The notes beneath the pieces were generated by a model. That model was not told the DNA's origin and searched no databases. It was given only the letters and a program-made list of their open reading frames with translations. A stretch of DNA of 63,622 nucleotides, counting the filler, from Vannella sp. (Eukaryota): NCBI GenBank assembly GCA_023345925.1. It is 8 parts of 8 records of this genome, joined end to end, with 100 filler letters (N's around TTAATTAATTAA, not from the genome) between each part and the next. Parts side by side here need not be neighbours in the genome. Positions count along the whole stretch, not along the records: positions 10,107 to 26,247 come from JAJQQN010000229.1; positions 26,348 to 32,316 come from JAJQQN010000625.1; positions 32,417 to 39,120 come from JAJQQN010000079.1; 5 more parts are not named here. The stretch is one strand, 5' to 3'. Shown here piece by piece: positions 21,129 through 32,845 of this stretch. A program made the position numbers and the translations under genes. Position 1 is the stretch's first letter. Each line of letters starts with the position of its first letter.

Positions 21129-21968
21129 ATGCTTCGGACGGCGCGTGCCTCGGTCTCTTGGGGTGCTGCCCGTGTCTCATGCTCTCAGGTTGCTGGATCG
21201 CGGTTCTATTGTGATGAGAAGAAGGCGTCAATCGTGCCTATCTTGAAGGAGATTCGCACGAAGACTGGAGCCGGTGTGATGGAGTGCAAGCGTGTGTTGG
21301 AGAAGAACGGAATGGACAAGGAGAAAGCGATCGAGGAGCTCATGGCCATTGCCAGATCCTCGGTCGGGCGAGGCCGTGCGACCAGCTCAGGTTGGGTTTC
21401 TATTGCTGCGGCGGAGTCCCGGGGAGTTCTCGTGGAGTTGCTCTCTGAAACAGACTTTGTCTCCAAGAACCAACAATTCCGATCTTTGTGTGACTCTGCT
21501 GCAGCTTCTGCTGTCAAGATCGCCCCACCAACCTCCTCTGATGGCCCCTTTGAGATTGCTGGAGAGGAATTGAGCAAACAGGCTCACGAAGAGAGTACCT
21601 TAACAGTTGGTGAGAAGATCTCCGAGCTCATCTTCTCCATGGGAGAGACGATGAAGGTTGGACGATGCGAAGGGCTCCAACTGAAGGAAGGCATTGTCAA
21701 TGGCTATGTCCACGGTGGCCGTATTGGTGTTCTTGTAGGACTTCAAGGTGGTAATCCATCTTCAGAACTAGCTCGTGACCTTGCTATTCATATCGCTGCA
21801 TGCAATCCCGAGTACGTGGACAAAGAGCAGGTTCCTGAGGGACAGTCCGTTGCAGATAAGAATCTCTTGGTCGAGCAAGAGTACATTCATGACGAAACCC
21901 TCAGTGTGAGAGATGTCCTTAGCCAGCATGGCAATCCCAAGGTCACCATGCACGTCCTTCGCAGATAA
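21129..21968 (+). CDS. TSFM: mitochondrial elongation factor Ts
   Basis: KEIRTKTGAGVMECKRVL, VELLSETDFVSKN, YVHGGRIGVLV, DLAIHIAACNP; presequence. Confidence 0.93.
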   Translation: MLRTARASVSWGAARVSCSQVAGSRFYCDEKKASIVPILKEIRTKTGAGVMECKRVLEKNGMDKEKAIEELMAIARSSVGRGRATSSGWVSIAAAESRGVLVELLSETDFVSKNQQFRSLCDSAAASAVKIAPPTSSDGPFEIAGEELSKQAHEESTLTVGEKISELIFSMGETMKVGRCEGLQLKEGIVNGYVHGGRIGVLVGLQGGNPSSELARDLAIHIAACNPEYVDKEQVPEGQSVADKNLLVEQEYIHDETLSVRDVLSQHGNPKVTMHVLRR

Positions 21969-22277
21969 AGTCAAAGAGTCCGGGGTCACTGCCCGTTTCG
22001 TTTCATTACCCCTCGATCACGACCTCCAATGTCCTCGTTCGCACCAACCAGTATCCTTCTTGTCGTTCTCGGCTTGTGAGGTGCTGGTAGACACTGACGT
22101 GTCCGTTTTGTGCAAAACAAGGACTTCGGACAGTCCAGCAACCATCAGGACTCTTGTGTCGTGAACACAGAACAGGAGTAGTAAAGGTTGGCACATACTC
22201 ACAACCAATGGGAACAAGGAGGCACCGAACAAGTCCAAGTCTTCTCATTTTCTCTTCCCCTCGAGAGAGGGACTGTG

Positions 22278-23966
22278 ATGGGGGCCTGGCTGCTCGTGCT
22301 CTTGCTTGCTACATGCCGTAGGTGAATAGAAATAGCAAGAAATGAAAGAATGAGACTGATATGAGCTCCAGTTGTCAAGGGGGACCGGGTTACGGTGGTG
22401 AGAGAGGTGTCGGGGATAGTCAGAAGCGGAGAGATTTGGTACCAAGCTGATTCGCAGGGCAAGCCCCCCTTTACATGGGGCAATATACAGAACCCATTGA
22501 CTGTGTCATCTATCCGACCGGGGAACGGCACCACTCCTTCTGCACTTGAGATCTGTTTGAACTCCTTCGAAGCCACCAGTCCCATCGCTGGCTCCTCTTT
22601 GGCGATTAACTGCCCAGTAGGGGCCTTCGGCTTCCTTCAGAATGGCTCCGATATCATCCACAGGGGGCCGAAGGACGGGGCCACTGCCCCTTGGGAAACT
22701 AGAGTGTTTGTCAAACCCTCCAACCAAGCCGCCTTCATTGTGACAGCACCTGGATCCATTCAAGCTGCAGAGTTTAGCATCAAGTTGGAGGGGCAACAGT
22801 GCACGGAGCCGGATGAGTTCCCCGTGGGACCGTCCGCGGTGGATTTGTGTGTTCCGATTCCTCAAATGCAGCGGAACACTGCCAGGAAGATCAACATCAA
22901 TGGTAATGGGTGGTACTACTTGTATGTCAGTCTTCCTACCTCTTCCGCTGCCACCAACTCGATAACGGCGTCCTACTCTAAGTCAGATTTTATCCGCGTT
23001 TATGTGCAGGAAGGCTATTATCCCACTGCTGAGTGGTTCCTTCCCACTTTTGATCAAATCAACGCAGATGCAACTAGCAGTTCCTCCACTATCATCACGC
23101 CAGGGACCTTTGGGGGACAAGTCCAATACTTCTTTGGCATTCGCAACTCAAATCCCGCTGCCCTCTCCATCGACTTCAATCTGACCGTCTCCCAGTGTGA
23201 TTCATTTGACGAATTTGGTTTGGCTTGTAGCCATTCAATCAGTATCAGTGACACCCCAAAGACTGGAGTGTTTCCCATCTCCGCCATTTTGTCAAGTTCA
23301 GCCAACAGTGGGGCCTCTCTTCGCTTTGATATCAGTGATAAGGAGACGAAAGGAGACTACGCCTACTTTGTCCTTCAGGATTACCCCAACTTGCTCACCC
23401 CCTTCTTTGTGCGCGTTTCTGCGGCAAACAATGATGTGGCGGATGAGAATGGAGCACCTCCCCTCTATGCTCTCCAAGGAGGATTCCCTTCAGCCCAAAA
23501 TGCTCAGTATAATGCTTCAACCAAAGGCGACATCGTGCATCAGATCAATGTGCGGATAGGAGAGGCTGACTTGGTTAGAAACAGAGAGACTACTTGGTAC
23601 TTTGCAGTGGCTCTTCCAGCCGATTTCTCCATCTGGGTTAGTTCAAACTGTGCAGGAGAGTGTAGCGATGGCGAGTTTGGTGGTTGTACCTGTGGCAACA
23701 CCGCTTGTCCACCGCTCTCCCCAGACTTTGAAAACTCCCAAGTCTATTACCAGAAACCTCTCTTTACGGCAGACTCGGCTGGGGTCTGCAGTTGCTTTGA
23801 TGTAGATTTCCAAAGCTCCTTTGATTGTACAAGGACTAACAATCCTTTCTTCTGGTGGTGGATCGCCCTCATCATTGCGCTTTTCCTTCTCGTTGTCCTC
23901 CTTGCAATCGGGGTTCCACTGGCCTGCTTCCTTTCAAACCGAAAGAGTAATTATGACTCTCTGTAA
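22278..23966 (+). CDS. type I membrane glycoprotein with Cys-rich/EGF-like juxtamembrane region
   Basis: Spliced signal peptide MGAWLLVLLLATC|LVKG; C-terminal TM; short tail ending YDSL. Confidence 0.8.
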
Positions 23967-24054
23967 TAACAAGTTCACTTTCATTCCCTTCAACTCCAAC
24001 GCTCTCGGGAGCCAAGACCGAATCAAAAAGGGGGATGACGACGACATGCCCGAA

Positions 24055-25159
24055 TTATTCTTTCTTTGTCTTTTCAAAGGTGGGATCCCGGGAATCGTCC
24101 AAGTCAATACCGAACCGAACGAACTTGTAACAGGCTGAAAGGATCAAATAGAACCAATACACCTGAAGGAGGTAAATCACTCCCAGGAAGAGATTGAAGG
24201 CGAACCAATTATCGCAGTTAATCCACCCGCCATAGTGCATCCCCTGGAAGGAGGAGGCGTAGATGCATTTGGCAGGGAAAAGGACAATCCTGAAGATGAT
24301 CCAAGAGCCCACCAGGCACGAGAAGATGACCACCAGGATGGGCATCGGAATGGGGCGCACATTGTCCACCAACCGGGTGATCTTGGCAAAGTGCAGGAAG
24401 ATGTCACATACATCTAAGCAGAAGACGGTAGACACGCCGGTGCGGAAGTAGCCTGTCGTGTAGGAAAGGTAAAGAAGGACCAACGCAGCCAAGTGGTGGA
24501 CCAGCATGGGCCAAAAGTCGCCCTTCTTGATGTCTAACGTAGTGTGGGCGAAGGTACAGTGAGCGTACCAGCCCATCTGGATCATGAAGAGCCAGAAGAT
24601 GGGAGAACTACGATCCCCACGCAGTTTGTCAGACAGAGTGGAAGGGAGCTCTAACGGAGGGTCCTGACCTGATCTCTTGATGAGGAAAAGGAGGTTCAAA
24701 GTGCAAGTACGAGTCGTAGAACCAAGGGGCTTGCAAGACGATGAAGGCGGCCATGCTCCAGATGGGTGTGTAGAAGCAGAGTTGCCAGAAGCACTCTCGA
24801 AAGCGAGGTTCGTCCGCGGGTCTCAATGAAAGCATCTTGGCCATGGGCTATCCACCGAAGGGGGTCAACCACGAGGTGTGAAGGAGCCAAAAGTGACTCA
24901 CCAAAGACACGAAACGAGCGACGATTGGTTCGAGGAGGGTAATCAAGATGGCCAAGATGACGACACAAACCACTTCTTCAGACCCTATGACCCACGACTT
25001 GGAGTTGAGGAAGCGTTCGAAGTACTGAGGGTGGCGAGGAGCGTTGGGTCCCTCAAAGAAGAGGCGAACAGCAGCAGACGCTGGCTCCAGCACGTCCAAT
25101 CCCCACCAAACCCGAAAGTCCCACAAGAGTTCTTGTCCTTGCTGAAGAAGACCGGACAT
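24055..25159 (-). CDS. ceramide synthase (LAG1/TLC family), multi-exon
   Basis: RFRECFWQLCFY, DFWPMLVHH, DVCDIFLHFAK, LQVYWFYLIL, DDSRD. Confidence 0.93.
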
Positions 25160-25480
25160 GAGAGGAAAGGACCAGGCTTGACCGCCAAAGGGAAGGGAGA
25201 AATGCACTGTTCACGCGAACGCTCTTTCCCTTGTGATTGGGAAAAACTTGCTTCCCTTTTGGGCACACCACGAACTCCATTCATGCTCAGGGGGAACCAT
25301 CAAGTCGGAGAGTTCATGAAGGCGCCTTTGACGGACTTTGATTCAACCGAATTCCTCTCTTTGGCGAAAACAAACCAAATTTACTTGGGAAGAGCACTCC
25401 AACAACCTGGTTTCCGATAGATATGGATGTGGTTAGTGGATCAGTGTTTTGGGGGTCTCAGAGAGGACTCTCAGGTCAGG

Positions 25481-26247
25481 ATGGGCTCAGGGCTTGGGCT
25501 GAGCTTCTTTTTGGTGCTGGTTTGGGCTCCTTGGCATGGGCAGGGATTGGTGCATCACCTGAACATCCGCGATGACAGCCGGGGCTCTTTCTTCATCGAG
25601 AGCTTTGGGTTTGAAGAGGGCGGTTTGCTTCATCTCAACTTGACCGAAGTGCACGTGGGTGATCCCCATAGGAGCGCAATGAGTCCCACTCACCCATTCT
25701 AGACCGATATAGGAAGTATCCTACCACAAAACCACCGCTTTGGGGTGGTGGTGAAGCGAACAACGACCAACTATCAACGCTTCCTTCACGATCACCCGGG
25801 AGAAGAGTGTCTGCTCGAGTATCCTCTGAAGGAGTACGAGTATGTCATTCGCATTGAGGATTGGGCGCAAACCATCTGGGAGTATCCCATCCCTCGAGGG
25901 GGCGAGGGCTTCTACAGCGTTTACTTTGTGAATTGCGACCTCAATGCTCCCCAAGAGCCCCTTTCATTCCACTTGGACTTGGTAATGAGTAACCCTGGCC
26001 CTTCCTATCTCCCTATCGGGGATGCCATGCTCCCAACTGTTTATGGGAGCTTCTCCGTACTCTACTTGGTGTTCCTGGGGATTTGGGTATCCCAATACCT
26101 TGTTCCTTATAGACACTCCACGACATTAGTCATTCACTACCTCATGGGGGTCACACTCTCCCTCAAGATGACTTCTCTCTTCTTCCATGCCATTGAACTT
26201 CACTTTTTGCAGCTGCTGGGCCATCCTGGCGGTTGGACTTGGATTTA
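25481..26247 (+). CDS. GPR107/GPR108 (Lung 7TM) family protein (3'-truncated)
   Basis: HHLNIRDDSR..FGF, YSVYFVNC, NPGPSYLPIG..LP..Y, IHYLM, GHPGGW. Confidence 0.88.
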
Positions 26248-26347
26248 NNNNNNNNNNNNNNNNNNNNNNNNNNNNNNNNNNNNNNNNNNNNTTAATTAAT
26301 TAANNNNNNNNNNNNNNNNNNNNNNNNNNNNNNNNNNNNNNNNNNNN
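26248..26347. other. artificial contig linker
   Basis: N44-TTAATTAATTAA-N44. Confidence 0.99.
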
Positions 26348-26450
26348 CATTATTCGGTGGTTATTACTTGTTCCAAATTAGGATCCCACCGTCCAATCAA
26401 CACCTGTCAGTTCCGAGTCCGCTTCTGTCCCGAGCCCGCCACCTTGTCCC

Positions 26451-28363
26451 ATGTCCATGTTTACGAACTCCCGACCCCCTGGATCTTCGTTCCACGAGGC
26501 AGTAGAGAACCTCAAGAAGGAGTACGATAATCTCACACGCGACGCCAACCACTTCAAGCTCCAGCGGGATGAATCAGAGCGCAAGCGTAAGTCAAGGCTC
26601 CGTGAATGGTACTTCCAGTTGGCTTACGTGTTGTTTGCGTGTTAGTGCAAGCTCAACTGAACGAGATCGTTGCGGTTCACAACTCCGTGAAGGAGCTAGA
26701 GCGAAAGCATAGCGCTCTGAAACAACAGTAAGCTTTTAGGTTCCCAGGGGCGCGCCTGACATCCTGAAGATACGAAGAAGAGCTATTCCGGCTTCAAAGT
26801 TCTCATCGTCCTCAATCGAACCTTCCGCGAGAACAACTTGGTGAGAGGGGCCTCATGTGCAGTACTGGACTCCTTCTTACATGCGTTTGGTGTAGGGGAT
26901 CGTAAAGCACCCAGCAAGTTCCCTGCTCTATCAGCGAGTGCCATCCAGGACACCAGTTTTGGCCTCTCATCTCTGGGGAAGAGACCGTTTGACGGGAATG
27001 GTCCCACCGGGCCCACCCAAACACTTCCAAGGTTAGAGATGCCTTCTGGAAACTCCAAGGACGAATCCAACGGAGGATTCTCCCGTTCCCATGGAGGCCA
27101 ACCCATGATGATGTCCGAAGGGCTGGACAAAAGCAAGGACGTGGAGTTGATGAGGGGGCCCCCAAGCCACATGCAACAAGCACAACAGAGCTCTATTCAA
27201 CTACCACGCCAGGCACCTATGATTGACCGGATGAGGGACGAAGAGGCCTTCCGCTTTGCGTAAGGATGACCTCACTTCACCACTATGCGGCTCACTGCTC
27301 ACACCTTGAAGATCGCCCTCTTCTGTGCAAACCAACTTGAGAGTGGACCTTGCAAAGGACCTTGAGCACTCCAGCGTTGTGTGTTGTGTCCGATTCAGCA
27401 ACGATGGTCTCTATCTCGCCACCGGAAGCAACAAGGCGGCTCAGATCTACTCCGTAGAAGATGGCTCACCCGTTGCGTACGTACTGATGAGAGTTGGCAC
27501 GTCTTATCTCATGGTGATCGTCCAGAACCTTCTCCGACACTGGAGTAGATGGAGGCGACCTGTATCTTCGCTCCATATGTTTCAGTCCTGATGGGAAGAT
27601 GCTTGCATGTGGTGCGGAGGATCGAACTGTCAAGCTGTGGGATATAGAGAAGAAGGAAATGGTTCATGCCTTCACAGGGCACGGTATGGACATCTACTCA
27701 GTGGACTACTCTCAAGATGGACGCTTTATTGTGTCCGGAAGTGGTGACAAGAAGGCGCGCATCTGGGACGTGGCCAAGAAAAAGTGTCTCTTCATCCTTG
27801 GGAATGACGAGGTTGGCCCAAAGGATGGTGTTACCTCAGTGGCAATAAGTCCTGATGGGCGTTTGATTGCAGCTGGATCACTTGACCGCGTGGTACGGCT
27901 TTGGGATGCACATACTGGATACTTCCTGGAGCGTTACGAAGGACATACTGATTCCGTCTATTCTGTTGCCTTCTCTCCTGACGGAAAGTCACTGGCATCC
28001 GGTTCATTGGACAAGACCCTGAAGCTTTGGGACCTGTCTGAGTCCCGTGCTCGATCCCAATGCCGAAGTACTTTCTCTGGACACAGTGACTTTGTACTTT
28101 CAGTTGCCTTCTCTGCAGATGGAAACTGGTTGGTGTCGGGTTCCAAGGATCGTACCGTCCAGTTCTGGGATCCTCGCAGCACTGTTTCATACGGTACTCT
28201 AGATGGCCACAAGAACTCTGGTACGTGGTCCTTCAAACCCTCTCCAGCTTTCCTCTAGCTCACGTCCTTTCTAGTAATTAGCGTGGCGGTCAGCCCCACT
28301 GGTGGATCTTTTGCCACAGGAAGCGGTGACCTCCGAGCCAAGTTATGGAGATATTCTGCTTAG
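26451..28363 (+). CDS. TUP1: Tup1/TupA transcriptional corepressor (N-terminal coiled coil + WD40), multi-exon
   Basis: Tup_N-like coiled coil (KQQYEEE); [49 protein letters not shown]. Confidence 0.93.
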
Positions 28364-28837
28364 TGAGACCTCAAGAGGGTGCTCCCCACTGTAAACTAGC
28401 GCCTATAACCGACTTCCAGCTCCATGCTTATTCTCAAGAGACTTCTTTTTCCCACACCAATCGACCCTTCTTTGTCCATTTGGAGTTGGACACTTCAACA
28501 GGAATTGGCAGGAAGAGTCACTTCCAACAGGGGCATCGTATTCGAGCGTAGCAGCATTCTTCACTTCCGAATGATAGATACTTCAGAGTCATGTTCCATA
28601 CCATTCTTCCTGCGGAAGGATCTCAGCAGCAATTGATCTAATCAGAAAAGAATGTTCCGGCAGATCATCAATTCAGCTGAAACTGCGAAGTCTCTCGTCG
28701 TCAGTATAGATGCTTATTGTAATGTCCACGGGAACGATCTCCCTCACAACATGTCTCCTAGTAGAGTTAAGTAGGGAGGTGAACTCGAACCCGAAGCAAG
28801 GCACTTTCGCTGAAGTTCTCTTTCTGGCATTCTTTCG

Positions 28838-29632
28838 ATGTCTGACACAACCAACGTGGCCCTGGAGGCCGATGAGATGATTCGTTTGTTTGATTCGAGT
28901 TGGGTGAAGCTAGAAGAGTGTCCCCCTTCTCCCCAATACGAGAAGCTCAAGGGTGTGGAAGGAGGATTCCTTCTTCGACATTTCCTCTCAGAAGGAGAGT
29001 GTGCTCAACTGATTGCCGCCTCTGAGAAGATGGAATACACTCCATCACCTCTACGTAACCTATCAGAACTCAACTCAAAGCGAGCCAACCTCTCTGCTCA
29101 GACCCAACTCATCCGATTCAGTGACAGAGTCCTCTGCGACGCCCCAGAGCCTCTACTGGAACTCCTGTGTCATAGGCTTCTTCCACACTTACCGTCCACT
29201 GTGGAGTGTAAAGGCCACGTCTGGGAGGCCGTTCCCACTGGTGAGAGCCCTTCAGGAGGTTGTATTAACCGTCGTTGGCGCTTCAATCGGTACAGCAAAG
29301 GCGGCTACTTTCGGCCACATCGTGATGCTGGCTTTGTCTACTCTTCTACATGCGAGACTCTCATGACGTTCATCGTCTACCTCTCAGAAGGCTTCGAAGG
29401 AGGTGAAACCACTTTCTTCCTCGGCCTGGAAGGCCAGTCACTCTCTGTAAGACCTGAAAGAGGAATGGCAATCGTATTCTTTCAAACTGGACGTCACTCT
29501 CCAGTCCATGAGGGCTCAGAACTCCGTTCTGAGGAGCCTTTCAAGTACATTCTACGAAGTGACTTGGCGTATCGACTCCTCGACGCTCCAGAACAGTTAA
29601 ATAGACCAGAGAGAGCATGTCAGATCTCATAA
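28838..29632 (+). CDS. 2OG-Fe(II) oxygenase, prolyl-4-hydroxylase-like
   Basis: FRPHRD, YL..GFEGGETTF, HEG, KYILRSD. Confidence 0.9.
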   Translation: MSDTTNVALEADEMIRLFDSSWVKLEECPPSPQYEKLKGVEGGFLLRHFLSEGECAQLIAASEKMEYTPSPLRNLSELNSKRANLSAQTQLIRFSDRVLCDAPEPLLELLCHRLLPHLPSTVECKGHVWEAVPTGESPSGGCINRRWRFNRYSKGGYFRPHRDAGFVYSSTCETLMTFIVYLSEGFEGGETTFFLGLEGQSLSVRPERGMAIVFFQTGRHSPVHEGSELRSEEPFKYILRSDLAYRLLDAPEQLNRPERACQIS

Positions 29633-29666
29633 ACTCTTGGGATCTCCCTTCTTCCTTCATTTCCCC

Positions 29667-30208
29667 ATGTCCGCTGGTCGCTCGCTGCTTCTGATCGCGC
29701 TTTGCTTGGCGCTTGCGCAGTTCGCTCTTACTTTCACCTTGATTGATGGAGGGCAGAGCCAGAACCCGCCTAAATGCACGTCTTCCAGCTGCTGCAACTT
29801 CTGCAACATGACGTACGTGTTCACCAAGAACAGCTGCTCTCAGGTTTTGGAAGCTTTGACTACCGCGGTGAACGACACCAAGAACTATCAGTACATGTCT
29901 GCCGTAGAGAACCCTCCTTCTCTCTATGCTGTCCACACGACAGTCAGCAAGTGCTGCCCTCCTGGCTATCGCTACTACGAAGACGGTGTGTCCCCTCCAC
30001 CGATCACTGTCATTGACTCACCCTTTGATCAGTTCTCTTCAACATGACGAACTCTGCAGCTCCTTGCACTGCGATTGGGTTCTCTATCAGTCGCTCTGGT
30101 ACTTGCGATCTTGGCCAGGACCAGGTGAACGTGAACACCATCGTTGTCAACTCCAAACTCCCCTTCACTGGCCCCACCTTCGACAGTGGCTGCCAGGACC
30201 ACGAGTAA
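29667..30208 (+). CDS. small secreted Cys-rich protein (possibly DUF1499-like), 2 exons
   Basis: Signal peptide; exon 2 ends SISRSGTCDLGQDQVNV..GCQDHE*. Confidence 0.6.
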
Positions 30209-30244
30209 TGGATACACATTAAATAGTGTGTATCAGGCTCTCTC

Positions 30245-31264
30245 TTACGAGGATGCAGTCTTCTCCTCGGCCTCTTGGTAAAGCTTCTGGATGATGGCGA
30301 TGTCGTCTCGGCTTCCCATGAAACAAGGAACGCGCATGTGGATGTGCTTTGGAACCACATCGAGTGCTCGTTGTGCACCAACAACACTCGCACCGCCAGC
30401 TTGCTCCATGATGAAGGACAAAGGCGAAACTTCATAGAGATAGCGAAGCTTGCCATTGGGGCTCTTCTTGTCCGCAGGATACATGAAGACACCACCATAC
30501 AAGAGGGTACGATGTACATCAGCAACCATACTACCAATGTAACGAAGGGAGTAAGGAGACTTGCCCTCCGCTGACTTGAGGCGGTTGACAAAGGTGGCGG
30601 TGCACGAGTCCCAGTGCGCCGCGTTCCCCTCATTGATAGAGTAGATAGGGTGAGAAGGCTTCACAGACATGTCAGGATGAGTCAAAACGAACTCTCCAAG
30701 GCTGTTGTCCAAGGTAAAGCCGTTGACACTGTCGCCGATGGTGAAGACAAGCATCGTACTCGCTCCATACAAGGAGTAGCCCGCTGCGATTTGCTTGGAG
30801 CCAGGCTGAAGTAGGTCTGTTGCACTTGCAGGTAAGGACATATCACATCGCTCCATGATACCGAAGATAGAGCCGATGGACACGTTGGCATCAATGTTTG
30901 AAGAACCGTCGAGAGGGTCGAAGCTGATGGCGTATCGAGCATCAGGGCATTGAGCAATGAGGATGATGTCATCGTCTTCCTCCGAAGCAATCGCAGAGAT
31001 GAGCTCAGACTGGACCATAGCGTGGCGGAATGCGTCGTTCGCGACCAGATCTAGCTTCTTGACGTCTTCGCCTTGGATGTTGACAACACCAGCACCTCCA
31101 AGGAGAGACTCGAGGGCTGCGCGACGAATAGCATTGGCAGTAACCTTAGTGGCAAGGCTAATCTGAGTGAAGAGAATGGCCATGTCGCTCTTTCGTCCTT
31201 GCTCCTTGATGTTCGCCAGCAAGTACTGGGTTAGCGTCTTAATGTTGGTGATCACCTCTGTCAT
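30245..31264 (-). CDS. FBP1: fructose-1,6-bisphosphatase class I
   Basis: GEDVKKLD, DPLDGSSN, YSINEGN, RYIGSMVADVHRTL, GKLRYLYE. Confidence 0.97.
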   Translation of the reverse strand: MTEVITNIKTLTQYLLANIKEQGRKSDMAILFTQISLATKVTANAIRRAALESLLGGAGVVNIQGEDVKKLDLVANDAFRHAMVQSELISAIASEEDDDIILIAQCPDARYAISFDPLDGSSNIDANVSIGSIFGIMERCDMSLPASATDLLQPGSKQIAAGYSLYGASTMLVFTIGDSVNGFTLDNSLGEFVLTHPDMSVKPSHPIYSINEGNAAHWDSCTATFVNRLKSAEGKSPYSLRYIGSMVADVHRTLLYGGVFMYPADKKSPNGKLRYLYEVSPLSFIMEQAGGASVVGAQRALDVVPKHIHMRVPCFMGSRDDIAIIQKLYQEAEEKTASS

Positions 31265-31649
31265 TGCGGTCCCCCCAAGGAAAGAAGAATAATGAGCCGC
31301 CATTCCGACGGGCAATGTGGCTCCTGATTGGACGACCCAATCAAGTCCTCAAACTTCGATGTTTTCCTCCTTTCAGACAAATCCTTTTTTTCTTGTCCGC
31401 CTGACTCCAAGGATGAAGCGGTTTCCCCGATTCTGTTGAAAATGTATTTTTTTGTGGAACTGTCAAAAAAAAAACTGTGGAAAAATGTATTTTTTTGTGG
31501 ATTAAACTCAGGCAAATCGTTTCTTTATCAATAGGATAACAGGTCTGAACGTCAAAAGGGCGAACTGAAGGGGCCTGACAATCTATCTGAAGGAGGCTTT
31601 CATCAAGATCCCTACAATTCCTCGAATGGTCGTCTTGGAAGAGAAGTGT

Positions 31650-32316
31650 TTAGAAGGTGCAGTCAGCGCAGCGCTGGACGGCAGAGGAGCCAATGAGGGT
31701 GCCCTGAGGGATGGTAGGGCAAGGGAACGCTCCGCTTTCGCAGAACCCATCCTCTCCGTAGACGGAGCTGTTGTACAAGCAGCAGAGAGCTGGCGATGCC
31801 CATGCTAGTCGGCCAACCTTGAGAGAAGTGAAAGCAGCGATGGGAGTGGTCAACGAAAGAGACTTCAAGGAAGCAAAGTCGCAGGTTCCCTGGAACGTGT
31901 CGTAGTCGGCTTGGTAAGTGGCAAAGTTTTGATTCACACCAGTGTTGACAACGACCACCGTCAAGGTGCTGATCCCTCCTCTCATATCTGTGGCAGTCAT
32001 CAAAACGTTGGTGGTGCTGGAGGCGAAAGCGTCCATGGCGATGCCCGTGGTGTTGCCCTGAGTGAAGTCAATGTTCAATCCAGCATCGTTGAGTCCAGCG
32101 AAGGTGAGAATGGCCTCTCCAGTGAAGCTGCCGTAGAACGTGGGTCCATCAACGAAGTAGAAGCCACCGGTCACTCCTGAGGTGAAGAAGACGTCTCCAG
32201 GTCCGGAGTTGAAGGTCACAGTGATGTCGCGTTGTCCTCCGAGAATGGTGGCGTTCTTGAGGGATCCGGAGTTGGTTTGGGGCTGGTCGGTTCGGGTGTA
32301 GACGAGAACGTCCTTC
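31650..32316 (-). CDS. hypothetical extracellular beta-rich protein (5'-truncated)
   Basis: Open frame from the contig edge (ILGGQRDITVT..) to a Cys-rich C-terminus. Confidence 0.6.
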
Positions 32317-32416
32317 NNNNNNNNNNNNNNNNNNNNNNNNNNNNNNNNNNNNNNNNNNNNTTAATTAATTAANNNNNNNNNNNNNNNNNNNNNNNNNNNN
32401 NNNNNNNNNNNNNNNN
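32317..32416. other. artificial contig linker
   Basis: N44-TTAATTAATTAA-N44. Confidence 0.99.
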
Positions 32417-32845
32417 CAAGAAATGGGAAAGCGGCTCATTGGAAAGCGGGCCTTACAACCACTTTGGAAGGAAAGGACTGTCGGATACGAACGGAGTACT
32501 GGGGACTCTCTGTGACAACAAAACCGGGAAAGCCATTGTTCAGGGCGCTTTCGAAGGTGCCTGATGTCAGTTGGGCCGTGAGAACCAGAAACTCTTCCGG
32601 TTTTGTGTGCAGCAGCTGGTTCCAGACGTGGAAGCCCGACCTCGACTACTCGCCCTCCCAAAGCCGTTCCACAAGATGATCTGCTGGAGAGAGACGCACC
32701 TGATTGAGCCTTTCTGGAATGTGTTGAGAGCCATTTAAAAGGGCTTGGCTATCTTTTGATCCCCTTCCTTTAAGCCCCTTTGAAGAAAATAGTTCTGTCT
32801 CTGGGGATCCTCATGTGACCCAGCCGTTCTTGTCAAGTTAGGGCT

